Positions 1 to 8,813 of a stretch of 64,000 nt of DNA are shown here, in pieces. Position 1 is the stretch's first letter, and each line of letters starts with the position of its first letter. Origin of the DNA: Myxococcota bacterium (GTDB lineage: Bacteria > Myxococcota_A > UBA796 > UBA2385); NCBI GenBank assembly GCA_044344255.1, contig JBIJDH010000003.1:320001-384000 (forward strand), given 5' to 3'. Below the pieces are notes generated by a model. It was not told the DNA's origin. It searched no databases and saw nothing but the letters and a program-made list of their open reading frames with translations. A program made the position numbers and the translations under genes.

Positions 1-82
1 CGCGCCCGCGGGCCCAGCCGCGCCGAGCTGCCGGCCCACCATCTCGCTCGAGTGGGCGTAGCTCTCCCAGGGCGTGGCGGGC

Positions 83-958
83 TTAGAAGACACCGTAGAG
101 CCCCACCTTCTGGACGGTGGCCTGCCCAAGCGCCCCCGAGGGGCAGCCGAGGTCCACCCCGAGGTCCCAGCGCTGGTGATCGAAGCGGGCGGCCTCGGCC
201 CCGAGGCGGGCCGCCTGGGCCGGCCAGAGCTCGGAGAGGGGGCCGAGCAGGGACGCGGTCGGCACCCGGCTGAAATAGAGGGCGTCGGTCTCGGCCTTCA
301 TCGCGTAACAGACCGAGTGGCAGTCGAGCAGCGCGGGCTGGGACAGCCACCGCCGCTGCGACGCGTCGCCGAGGCGCCAGGCCCCGCGGACACGGTCGCG
401 CAGGAGCGCCCGCTCGGCGGGCTGCGGATAGAACCAGTAGCTGCCCTCGAAGCAGAGGCGGCCGGCGTCGAGGCGCATCGAGACGCCGTCGTAGCCCTCG
501 GCCGATCGGCGGCCAGCCAGATAGACCCGAAAGGGCGGCGCCACCCCCGCCGACAGGGCGGCGGCGTCGAGCTCGAGGCTGCACATGAGATAGGGCAGTC
601 GCTCGTCGGCGGTCGCCTGGAGCTCGATGTGGGAGCCGAGCCGCGCGGCGATGCGGCGGACGGACTTCGGGCTGCCGGGGGCGTTGCGGCAGTGGTTGTA
701 CCAATAGAGCTCGAGGCTCGGCGGGCCCTCGCGGCGGGCCTTGATGCCCCACACCGTCTCGTCTGGGCCGAGCGCGGCCTGCAGGGCCTCTACCATCGGC
801 CAGACCCGGTCGAGCCAGCCCTGGTCGCGCAGCCAGGCCCGGAAGAGCGAGGCGTTGTGCAGGCGCCCCTCGAGCGGGGCCGCGGGGGCGTAGTCCTCCA
901 GCACGTAGTCCCGCAGGCGGGGCGTGGGCGGCTGGGGGAGCCGGTCGTCTTCAACCAT
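83..958 (-). CDS. Uncharacterised 291-aa protein, aromatic and beta-strand rich
   Basis: Normal protein composition (VWGIK, LELYWYN, YWFY, LYFSR, WDLGVD, C-terminal GLYGVF). Its start overlaps the stop of the Rieske gene by 8 bp, so the two are probably co-translated. Confidence 0.75.
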   Translation of the reverse strand: MVEDDRLPQPPTPRLRDYVLEDYAPAAPLEGRLHNASLFRAWLRDQGWLDRVWPMVEALQAALGPDETVWGIKARREGPPSLELYWYNHCRNAPGSPKSVRRIAARLGSHIELQATADERLPYLMCSLELDAAALSAGVAPPFRVYLAGRRSAEGYDGVSMRLDAGRLCFEGSYWFYPQPAERALLRDRVRGAWRLGDASQRRWLSQPALLDCHSVCYAMKAETDALYFSRVPTASLLGPLSELWPAQAARLGAEAARFDHQRWDLGVDLGCPSGALGQATVQKVGLYGVF

Positions 959-1952
959 CGGCGGGCCCTATCCCGGCGGCGGGCTCTGCGAAGGCGGCGC
1001 CCCAGAGCGCGAGCAGGGCGGCGAGGCCGGGCTCGTCCTGGGCGGGCCAGAGGCCGGGCGGGCCGCCGCAGAGGGCCACGTAGTCCTCCACCTCGGTGAG
1101 GTGATCGGTGCGCAGCTCCTCCCAGCGCAGCCGCCCGTCGAGCAGCGCCTCGCCCTGCTCGGCCACCCGCGTCGGGGCGAAGGGATGGCGGAGGGCGGCC
1201 ATCGGCGGCTCGGGGGCTGGGAGCGTGGCCAGGGTGAAGCTCACGCAGTGGTCCGCGTCTTCGGGCACCCGCCAGACGAGGTGCCGCCGCCAGCCGAGGG
1301 CGGGGGACAGGGGCGCGTCGAATTCCAGGCGGTTGGGCATCTGGAAGCGGACCGGGCGGAGCTCGGGGGCGCCGGCCTCGATGTGGAGCTGGAAGCCGCC
1401 GGGCTCGGGCTCCACGCGCGCGGTCCAGCCCTGGGCGAGCAAGGCGGCGAGGCCAGAGCGGCGGTGGGCGGCGGCGATGTGCGCGACGTCGAGGCTGTTC
1501 TGGAGGCGGGCGAAGAAGGTGCAGGGCCAGCGCTCGGGGGGGAGGCAGCGCAGCGGGCCGTCGAGCTCCGGGATGACCGGGAAGGGGGCCGGCGGGGCCG
1601 CGCCGAACCACCCGAAGACGAGGCCGCCTCGCTCCTCGACGGGCCGCAGGCGGAGCGGGGGCCCCTGCCCGGCCCCCCCGGTGCGGGCGTCGTAACAGAG
1701 GCCGTGGTGGTGGCACTCGAGCGCCGCCCCGCGCACCCGGCCGAGCGAGAGGCGGGTGCCACGGTGGGGGCAGCGGGCCGCTGACAGAACGGCGGCCCCG
1801 CCCTCGGTGCGCCAGAGCAGCCAGTCCTCGCCGAGGCAGCGGAGGGGCAGGAGGCCGCCGGGTGCGAGGTCGAGGCTGCGGGCCACCGGCTGCCAGGCGG
1901 CGCGGAGGAGGCGGCCGGCGGGGCCCTCGGGGCGGAGGTCGAGCGGGATCAT
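951..1952 (-). CDS. Rieske non-heme iron oxygenase, alpha subunit (VanA/phthalate dioxygenase-like)
   Basis: Rieske motif CPHRG...CHHHG and mononuclear Fe motif NSLDVAHIAAAH with a distal acidic ligand (EVED). Start moved to the ATG at 1952 (MIPLDL). Confidence 0.88.
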   Translation of the reverse strand: MIPLDLRPEGPAGRLLRAAWQPVARSLDLAPGGLLPLRCLGEDWLLWRTEGGAAVLSAARCPHRGTRLSLGRVRGAALECHHHGLCYDARTGGAGQGPPLRLRPVEERGGLVFGWFGAAPPAPFPVIPELDGPLRCLPPERWPCTFFARLQNSLDVAHIAAAHRRSGLAALLAQGWTARVEPEPGGFQLHIEAGAPELRPVRFQMPNRLEFDAPLSPALGWRRHLVWRVPEDADHCVSFTLATLPAPEPPMAALRHPFAPTRVAEQGEALLDGRLRWEELRTDHLTEVEDYVALCGGPPGLWPAQDEPGLAALLALWGAAFAEPAAGIGPADG

Positions 1953-2053
1953 GCGGGGCCCTAACCCTGGGCGCGGGGGAGGGCAGGGGAGGGGACGGGC
2001 GGGCCTCCCGGGCCCGCTTGACAGCGGCGCCCGCGGCGCACTATCGGCCCGGC

Positions 2054-3079
2054 ATGAACAATGGCCGCCTGACCGCCCTCGCCTCGGGCGTCGCCCTCGC
2101 CCTGTTGCTGCCCGCGGGGGCGGAGGTGCTGCTCCGACAGACGGTGGGGGGGCCCACCCTCGAGCGCTACACGCTCTATCGGCTCCACGGCGCCGATGGA
2201 TACACCATGATCTCGGCGACGCGAGACCCTGTGCTGCTGCTCGACGAGGCCTCGGCCCTCCTGTCCCCCGACCTGCGTCTCCTCTGGTCACTCCGCCCCT
2301 CGCTCGAGCTCGTCGCGGACAACCTGTCCTTTGGACAGCCCAGCCCCTGGACGGTGCGCACCGGGGCGGATGGCTTCCGCCTGCCGAGCGCCCCCGAGGC
2401 CGAGCTCATCGCCCTCGGCGACTCCTGCACCTTCGGCTGGGGGGTGGGTGACACGGAGGCCTGGCCGAGCGCCCTGTCCCGCCGCCTCGGGCGCTCGGTG
2501 CGGAACCTCGGCGTGCCCGGCTACACCCTCCTCCAGGGCGAGGCCCTGCTCGACACCCTCGCTGTCCCGGCCGACCGCACCTTGATCCTCGCCTTCGGGG
2601 CCAATGACGGCCACAAGGTGCTCCGGGGAGACGCCGCGTGGCTGGCGGAGCGGGCCAGCCCGGCGGGGGGCGTCCGGGCCTGGCTCGCGGGTCTGTACCT
2701 CATCCAGTGGGGCCAGCACGCGCTCTATCCGGCCTATGCCCGGGCGACCGCGCTGGCGGCCCCCGAGCTCGGCCCGCGGGTGTCACCGGCGGAGTTCGGC
2801 GCGGCGCTCGAGCGGCTCAGCCGCCGCGGGAACCCCCTGCTGCTGATCTCGATCTGCGCGCGGGACGAGTATCGCCGCGAGATGGAGGCGGCGGCGGGGC
2901 GCCCACCCCTCGTGTTGGCCGACTCGCTCGGCATCCCCACCCTTGATGGCTGTCACCCCACCGCGTCCGGCCACGCCGCCCTCGCCGCGGCGGTGGACGG
3001 CGCGCTCGCGGGGGCGGGGCGCCCGGCGGGCGGGGGGGCGATCGACGTGAACTCCCCGTCCCCCCAGATGTCGAGGTAG
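2054..3079 (+). CDS. Membrane-anchored SGNH/GDSL hydrolase
   Basis: N-terminal hydrophobic anchor (LALALLLPAGAEVLLR), block I LGDSCTFGWGV, block II NLGVPGY, block III GAND, block V DGCHP. Confidence 0.88.
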   Translation: MNNGRLTALASGVALALLLPAGAEVLLRQTVGGPTLERYTLYRLHGADGYTMISATRDPVLLLDEASALLSPDLRLLWSLRPSLELVADNLSFGQPSPWTVRTGADGFRLPSAPEAELIALGDSCTFGWGVGDTEAWPSALSRRLGRSVRNLGVPGYTLLQGEALLDTLAVPADRTLILAFGANDGHKVLRGDAAWLAERASPAGGVRAWLAGLYLIQWGQHALYPAYARATALAAPELGPRVSPAEFGAALERLSRRGNPLLLISICARDEYRREMEAAAGRPPLVLADSLGIPTLDGCHPTASGHAALAAAVDGALAGAGRPAGGGAIDVNSPSPQMSR

Positions 3080-4194
3080 CCCTTCCACACGCCCTCGCAG
3101 GTCTGCGCGCGGCTGCAGGCCCCGCAGGCCGCCGGGTGCCCCTTCATGTCGAAGCGCTTGCGGTCCTGCCAGTTGAAGCGGGAGCGGCTCCCGTCGGGGT
3201 CGATCTGCACGACGGGCGCGGTGGGGAAGTCTGTCCAGGTGTCGGGCACCACCCGGCGCCCGGTGGGCAGGTGGTCGCCGCCGTCGGTGGCGATCGAGGC
3301 GGCGGTGCGGAGGTCGCGGTACTCGCCCATGTGGCGCTCGAGCAGCGCAGGATCGTCCCGTAGGGCCGCCGGCAACACGCAGAGGGGGAAGCCCCCGAAG
3401 GTGAAGGTGCGCTTGAAGTGGAGCTCGGAGAGGAGCACACACTTCACCAGCACCGGCACCACGGCGCTGTAGCGGGCGGTGAGCGCCGCGTCGCCGATCG
3501 CGTATCCCTCGGGGCGGAGGAAGTTGGCGCGGATGTCGTCCACGCCCATCTCTTCGTAGAAGAAGCGCAGCATCCGCGGGAGGTGGAGGTAGTTCCACCC
3601 ATTGATGACGATGTTGATCGACAGGCCGTCGGGCAGCCGGCCCTGGGCGCGGGCCGCAGCGAGGCCCTGGAGCGCGGTCACCTTCTTTGCGAAATTGCCC
3701 GGGACGCGGGTGAGGCGGTCTTCTAGCGCGGCGGTGTGCCCGTGCATCGAGACGGTCAGGCGGGTGAGCCCGGCCTCGAGCAGGCGGGCCCGAAACGCGG
3801 GGAGGCGCAGCTTGGTGGCGTTCGTGGCCAGCGTCACCCGCGAGAAGCCGAGCGAGCGGGCGAGGCCGACCGCCTCGACGATGTGGGGGTAGGTGGTGGG
3901 CTCCCCGCCGAGGAAGCCGACCGACTCATAACCGGCCTCGGCCCAGCGCCGGAGCTCGGCCTGCATCGCCGGCCAGGGCATATACGAGCGGTCTTCGGCC
4001 TTCGGCAGCCCGTCGAGGCAGAAGACGCAGCGGTTGTTACAGGCCTTTCCGATGTTGATCTCGACGTTCTTCCGGCCGTCTCGCACGCCGCTCTCGGGCT
4101 GGGGGTGGAGCTGCCCGACCGCGGCCGCCGGGTTGCCGCGGGCCGCCGCTGCGCCGGGGCGCGGGCCCGGGATCGTCGAGCCGGGCTCGCTCAC
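2953..4194 (-). CDS. Radical SAM protein, HxsC-like, with C-terminal Cys cluster
   Basis: CNNRCVFC, GGEPT, TNA, VSMHG, FPLCVLP and C-terminal CGACSRAQTCEGVWKGYLDIWGDGEF. The GTG at 4194 overlaps the TGA of the upstream gene (GTGA). Confidence 0.88.
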   Translation of the reverse strand: MSEPGSTIPGPRPGAAAARGNPAAAVGQLHPQPESGVRDGRKNVEINIGKACNNRCVFCLDGLPKAEDRSYMPWPAMQAELRRWAEAGYESVGFLGGEPTTYPHIVEAVGLARSLGFSRVTLATNATKLRLPAFRARLLEAGLTRLTVSMHGHTAALEDRLTRVPGNFAKKVTALQGLAAARAQGRLPDGLSINIVINGWNYLHLPRMLRFFYEEMGVDDIRANFLRPEGYAIGDAALTARYSAVVPVLVKCVLLSELHFKRTFTFGGFPLCVLPAALRDDPALLERHMGEYRDLRTAASIATDGGDHLPTGRRVVPDTWTDFPTAPVVQIDPDGSRSRFNWQDRKRFDMKGHPAACGACSRAQTCEGVWKGYLDIWGDGEFTSIAPPPAGRPAPASAPSTAAARAAWPDAVG

Positions 4195-4976
4195 GTCGCG
4201 CTCACCCGCCCCGCCGCGCTGGCCCGGGCGACCTCGGCCTCGGCGTCGGCGTAGAGGAGGTCGAAGGGCTCGGTGAGGAGGTCTGGGGAGCGGAAGGTGT
4301 GCTGGGCGCTCCGCCCGACGGTGCGGGTGGCGATGGAGTCCACCACCCCGCCCACGAGCCCGCCCACCAAGGGGACGAGGCGGCTCAGGTTGATGAGCCC
4401 GCGGGAGCCGAATTTGGTGAGGAGCCGGAAGCCGATCTTCCGGTTGATCGCGAAGATGAGCCGCCCGGGCACCTTGCGCACCGCCCCGAGCGCGACAGAC
4501 TTCCCGACCATCGCCGTCACCCGTTTGACCCCCTCTCTCCCCACGTCTCCGGTGAGCGACAGGAACACGAAGGTGCGCACCCGCTCGTCGTCGAGTGAAT
4601 ATCCGTGGAGGTGAGCCACGGCGCCCGCGAGGCGCGCTTGGAGCATGATCGCCGAGACCATCGAGGCCGGCATCAGCAGAAGCACGGCCGTGAGCCCCGG
4701 GAAGCCGGTGAGGAAGCCGGTCGTGAAGCCCTTCCAGGCCTCGTTGGAGATGAGGGCGCTCACCCGCTCCTCGTTGGTGCTGTACCGGGGGTCGCGCCGA
4801 ACGGCCTCGGCGAGGGCCGCCGATCCGGCGAAGGGCCCGACGCCGTCGATGCCCTTGTCGACCAGCGAGCGCAGCCAGCGCGCCAGCGTGTGGCCGATCC
4901 CCTTGCCCTCCTCCCCCGAGTCCGAACTCCACTCTGACGCTGACGCTGGCACGGACTCTGACGCTGGTACTGACAT
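4191..4976 (-). CDS. EcsC family protein
   Basis: GFTTGFLTGFPG, LQARLAGAVAHLHGY and SRLVPLVGGLVGGVVD match the EcsC pattern. ATG at 4976. Confidence 0.8.
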   Translation of the reverse strand: MSVPASESVPASASEWSSDSGEEGKGIGHTLARWLRSLVDKGIDGVGPFAGSAALAEAVRRDPRYSTNEERVSALISNEAWKGFTTGFLTGFPGLTAVLLLMPASMVSAIMLQARLAGAVAHLHGYSLDDERVRTFVFLSLTGDVGREGVKRVTAMVGKSVALGAVRKVPGRLIFAINRKIGFRLLTKFGSRGLINLSRLVPLVGGLVGGVVDSIATRTVGRSAQHTFRSPDLLTEPFDLLYADAEAEVARASAAGRVSAT

Positions 4977-5017
4977 CGGGCGCTCCTCTGCGTGCGGGCC
5001 CTGTCCCGCTCCGCCCC

Positions 5018-5914
5018 TCACATATGCCATATCGGGCTCGTGGCCGAGGGGTCGAGGCCGGGAGGCGTCGGGAGGATCTGGCGGAGGTAGCCCTCCACCC
5101 CCTTCTCCTTCTTCCAGTGCCGCGGGTATCCGAGCGCCACCTCCTCGAAGCGCACCCCGTCCCGCCAGTCGGTGGCGCGCATGTGGAGGTGGCCGGTGAC
5201 CACCACCTCGATCGGGTAGCGCCGGTGCCAGTCTTCGGTGCGACGGGTCCCGCACCAGGGCGAGAAGCGGGGGATGCGGAACAGGCGAACGAGGTCGCGG
5301 CGCAGCGGGTAGTGGCTGAGCAGCACGATCGGACCCTCGACAGACGACAGGCGCTCCTCGGCGATACGGTGGCGGGCCGCGCACCAGGCGTCCATCGAGG
5401 GCCAGGGGTCCGGGTGCAGCCAGTGGTCGTCGGTGGAGCGGATGCCGTGCTCCCCCGCCCAGTCAATGACGGCCTCCCGCGACACGTCATCGGGGCGGAA
5501 GCTGAAGTCGTACAGGCAGAAGAGCGGCACGATCGTCGCCGGGCCGCCGGGGCCGGTCCAGCGGGCGGGCGGGTCTTCGGGGCTCAGCACCCCGTGGCGG
5601 CGGCAGCGCTCGAGGAGCAGGCTGTACCGGTCCTCCCCGCGGGGGCCGCCGTCGCGCACCCAGAGCTCGTGGTTGCCCGGCACCCAGAAGACCTTCTCGA
5701 AGCGGTCGGTCAGGACCTCGAAGGCCTGGTCGAGCGTGGCGGGGCGATCGCCCACGTCGCCGGCCACGAGCAGCCAGTCGTCGGGGTGGGGCGGCAGGGC
5801 CTTGAGCGCGTCGAGGTTGCCGGGGTGGTCGACGTGCAGATCGCTGATCGCCAGCAGGCGCGGTGAGGCGGGGCCGGGAGGCGTGGCGGGAGCGGAGGGG
5901 GCGCCGGCGGACAT
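5018..5914 (-). CDS. Calcineurin-like metallophosphoesterase
   Basis: SDLH, AGDV, VPGNHE, SHYP and GHLH motifs. ATG at 5914. Confidence 0.92.
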   Translation of the reverse strand: MSAGAPSAPATPPGPASPRLLAISDLHVDHPGNLDALKALPPHPDDWLLVAGDVGDRPATLDQAFEVLTDRFEKVFWVPGNHELWVRDGGPRGEDRYSLLLERCRRHGVLSPEDPPARWTGPGGPATIVPLFCLYDFSFRPDDVSREAVIDWAGEHGIRSTDDHWLHPDPWPSMDAWCAARHRIAEERLSSVEGPIVLLSHYPLRRDLVRLFRIPRFSPWCGTRRTEDWHRRYPIEVVVTGHLHMRATDWRDGVRFEEVALGYPRHWKKEKGVEGYLRQILPTPPGLDPSATSPIWHM

Positions 5915-5977
5915 GGGGGGCAGTCTACCCCCGCCCGCGGCGCGGGGTAGGCTCCCGGACCCTCCACTGGAGCGCCC

Positions 5978-6781
5978 ATGCGCTTTCACGACCACCCCCT
6001 CTTCGACGACCCCTCGCGCCCCGACGGCCCCCCGGTGACGAGCGCCCACCTCGCCGAGGCCGAGCGTGCCCTGGGTCGCCGGCTGCCGGCCGCGTATGGC
6101 GAGGCGCTCCGCCTCTCGAACGGCGGGCGGCTGCGGCGCGGGCGCGCTCCCGCGGGGGGCCCCACCCGCTACGGCGGGCCGTGGGTCGATCTCCGAGACA
6201 TCCTCGGGGTGGGCTACGAGGGCTCTATGGAAGAGAGCGCTCGCCTCGTGCGGGAGTGGGATTATCCGCGCGACTGCCTCGTCCTGTCCTCGGAGGGGCC
6301 CACCGCCGTGCTGCTCGACTACCGCGGGGCCGCGGAGGCCGAGCCCCGCGTGACCTTCGTCGACACCGACCAAGACGAGGGCGGCGCCCCCCTCGAGCGA
6401 GCGCTCTCACCCGACCTCGGGGCCTTCTTCCGCCGCCTCCGTTACGTGCGGAGCCGCACGGAGGTGGCGCTGGCCCTCGACCTCGGCCGCCCCGCGCTGC
6501 TCGCGCTCTGGGCGGAGCTCGGCGCCGAGGGGCCCGCCCGCGAGGACTACGAGGGCGGCTACAGCCTCTCCCTCCCGGGTTGGGACTCCGCCGAGACCGG
6601 CCCCGCGATCCTGCGCAGCCGAGAGAACCGGCGTGTCGACCGCACCTGGGCGCTGCCCGAGCTGCCCGACCACCGGTGGATCGTCGAGACCACGCTCGTC
6701 ACGGAGCAGGTCCCCACCTTCCTCACCCGCCTCGAGGCCCTCGTCGGCCCGGGCGCGGCCCTGCTGCTCCACTCGCGCTGA
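5978..6781 (+). CDS. SMI1/KNR4 (SUKH) family protein with C-terminal extension
   Basis: LAEAERALGRRLPAAYGEALRLSNGG...LLDYR...EPRVTFVD...DLGAFFRRL is the SUKH signature. Confidence 0.85.
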   Translation: MRFHDHPLFDDPSRPDGPPVTSAHLAEAERALGRRLPAAYGEALRLSNGGRLRRGRAPAGGPTRYGGPWVDLRDILGVGYEGSMEESARLVREWDYPRDCLVLSSEGPTAVLLDYRGAAEAEPRVTFVDTDQDEGGAPLERALSPDLGAFFRRLRYVRSRTEVALALDLGRPALLALWAELGAEGPAREDYEGGYSLSLPGWDSAETGPAILRSRENRRVDRTWALPELPDHRWIVETTLVTEQVPTFLTRLEALVGPGAALLLHSR

Positions 6782-6870
6782 GCCCCCGCCGCGCCGCGGT
6801 GTGGCCGGGGATCGCCCAGAGATCGGCGTGATAACATCGCGGCGCCCGGCTACCCGCTCGTGGAGCTCCC

Positions 6871-7518
6871 GTGTCGCGATGTCTCTCCTCCCGTCCCTCC
6901 GCTCGGCTGCTCAGCCTCCTGTCCCTCTGCGCCTGTGCGGGGAAGGCGGGAGGAGGCGAAGGCGGCGGTGGAGCGGGCGGCGTGGACAGCGGCGCCGCCG
7001 ACACCGGTGGCCCCTCGGCCTCGGTGGCCTGGTTCATCGGCACCTCGGATGGCCAGACCGCAGACGGCAGCTACGTCGCCCCCACCGAGGAGGTGCTGTT
7101 CATCCGCAGCCTGGACCCCTCCGCCAGCACGATGCGCGAAGAAGCCTGGACGGTGGCCGGCAGCGGCCGGGTCTCGGCTTACACGCTCGATCACACCGTC
7201 GACGCAGCGGCGGAGACCTTCTCCAGCACCTTTGACACGGGCTCCGGCGTGCTCCAGGTGGAGGGTGTCTACGACGCCGGCGAGCCCTGGGCCTGGACGG
7301 CCTGGCACAGCCGCTCGGTCTATCAGGACGGGCGCTACGCCGGCGGCTGGGTGGACTCCGTAGACACCTACGACCTCGACGGCACCGGAGAGGCGCACGC
7401 CGAGAAGGGGGTCTTCGACCCCGACGGGACGCTCACCTACTCGATCGTCGAGCACCTGAGCCCGGTCTCTCAGGCCACGCTGGAGGCCCGCCTCGCGGAG
7501 CTCGAGGCGGGGAGCTGA
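6871..7518 (+). CDS. Hypothetical lipoprotein, beta-rich
   Basis: Lipobox-like LSLCAC, then a Gly-rich DSG/DTG linker and alternating beta-strand pattern. Confidence 0.75.
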   Translation: MSRCLSSRPSARLLSLLSLCACAGKAGGGEGGGGAGGVDSGAADTGGPSASVAWFIGTSDGQTADGSYVAPTEEVLFIRSLDPSASTMREEAWTVAGSGRVSAYTLDHTVDAAAETFSSTFDTGSGVLQVEGVYDAGEPWAWTAWHSRSVYQDGRYAGGWVDSVDTYDLDGTGEAHAEKGVFDPDGTLTYSIVEHLSPVSQATLEARLAELEAGS

Positions 7519-7541
7519 AGGCCGGGCCCCGACACCGTCCG

Positions 7542-8469
7542 CTCACTCCCCGCCGTCGGCGGGTGTGGAGTCCTCACAGGCGAGCGCGCGGAAGACGGGG
7601 GTGCAGCTCACCGGGATCTGCTGGCCGTAGTTACACTCGGGGTCGGTCTCCTGGAGCTCCGCCTCGCTCGGGACCCACTCCGCCGCGCAGAGGGCGGCGT
7701 CACAGGGGTCTACCCGGTCCCAGTGGCACTCATGGGGGTAGTCCCGAATGAAGGCCCCGACACAATCTTCCATGTCACCAACGAGCACGGGCACATTCAG
7801 GCACCGGAGGAACGCGCCACAAAGCGAAGGGACGACCGTCTCCAGCCACTCATTAAATGACTCATAGACGTAGAGACCCCCGCACTCCCCTTCGGCGCTG
7901 TCCGCGGAGGACGTGTCCCCGTCGGCGGGGTCGACTTTGTCTCCTTCGCCCATCGAGCAGGCGGTGAGCAAGATACCGACCGCCAGGGCCGTCCACGCCC
8001 AAGGGCGGGGAAGAGATTGAGCGGGGGCGGTCTTGTCGCTCATCGTCTCACTCCCCGCCGTCGGCGGGTGTGGAGTCCTCACAGGCGAGCGCGCGGAAGA
8101 CGGGGGTGCAGCTCACCGGGATCTGCTGGCCGTAGTTACACTCGGGGTCGGTCTCCTGGAGCTCCGCCTCGCTCGGGACCCACTCCGCCGCGCAGAGGGC
8201 GGCGTCACAGGGGTCTACCCGGTCCCAGTGGCACTCATATGGGTAGTCTCGAATGAAGGACCCGACACAATCTTCCATGTCACCAACGAGCACGGGCACA
8301 TTCAGGCACCGGAGGAACGCGCCACAAAGCGAAGGGACGACCACCTCCAGCCATTCATTGAATGACTCGTAGACGTAGAGCCCGCCGCACTCCCCTTCGG
8401 CGCTGTCGGCGGGCGAAGTGTCCCCGTCGGCAGGGTCGGCTTTGTCTCCTTTGCCCAGGGAGCAGGCGG
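7542..8469. repeat. Direct repeat of about 423 bp (7542-7964 and 8047-8469, offset 505)
   Basis: Direct comparison: 7542-7733 is identical to 8047-8238, with scattered substitutions in the remainder. Confidence 0.95.
7543..8043 (-). CDS. Cys-rich lipoprotein, copy A
   Basis: ATG at 8043 preceded by GGGGAG. Signal peptide ends in LLTAC. Ten further Cys in a 138-aa mature part. Confidence 0.75.
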   Translation of the reverse strand: MSDKTAPAQSLPRPWAWTALAVGILLTACSMGEGDKVDPADGDTSSADSAEGECGGLYVYESFNEWLETVVPSLCGAFLRCLNVPVLVGDMEDCVGAFIRDYPHECHWDRVDPCDAALCAAEWVPSEAELQETDPECNYGQQIPVSCTPVFRALACEDSTPADGGE

Positions 8470-8584
8470 CGTGCAAGAGGGGTGCTCCGATCCGGAGGCG
8501 GGCCACCGTTCGGGTACCGGAGGACGGGTCATCGTGCAGAGCTCGGCCGGAGGGCGCGGAGGGGCTCGGGTGTCGGCGCGACAT
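8048..8584 (-). CDS. Cys-rich lipoprotein, copy B (weak signal peptide, start uncertain)
   Basis: Mature part differs from copy A at 7 residues. The N-terminus (…IGAPLLHAAC) has a poor hydrophobic region. Confidence 0.6.
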   Translation of the reverse strand: MSRRHPSPSAPSGRALHDDPSSGTRTVARLRIGAPLLHAACSLGKGDKADPADGDTSPADSAEGECGGLYVYESFNEWLEVVVPSLCGAFLRCLNVPVLVGDMEDCVGSFIRDYPYECHWDRVDPCDAALCAAEWVPSEAELQETDPECNYGQQIPVSCTPVFRALACEDSTPADGGE

Positions 8585-8813
8585 CGGCGCTCCTCTGGGG
8601 CGTGGGGGTTGAGCTTCACGGTCCGACTTCCAGCCAGGATAGCCGCCCCCGGGCCGACCAGCCAGCCAGCGGGCCCGGGAGCGTGTTCCCCCTCGTGCGA
8701 CCTCCGGCGCCGGTCCCCCCGCCCGCCGCCGCGCCGCTCGGCTGGGGCCGCAGCCGGGCCTTCGCCGCGAGGGTGGGCCGTGATAGGTCCCGGGGCTCGG
8801 AGTGTGGGCGCCC

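Noticed and set aside
1..82. Possible gene fragment at the left edge
   Set aside because: Too short to assign a strand or product.
2953..5490. 845-aa radical SAM ORF as a large fusion
   Set aside because: The N-terminal 430 aa overlap the EcsC and phosphoesterase genes in another frame. The likely start is the GTG at 4194.
7542..8469. Insertion sequence, DGR template/variable repeat or CRISPR explanation of the direct repeat
   Set aside because: No transposase, reverse transcriptase, terminal repeats or spacers. The differences are not adenine-specific, and both copies are open reading frames.
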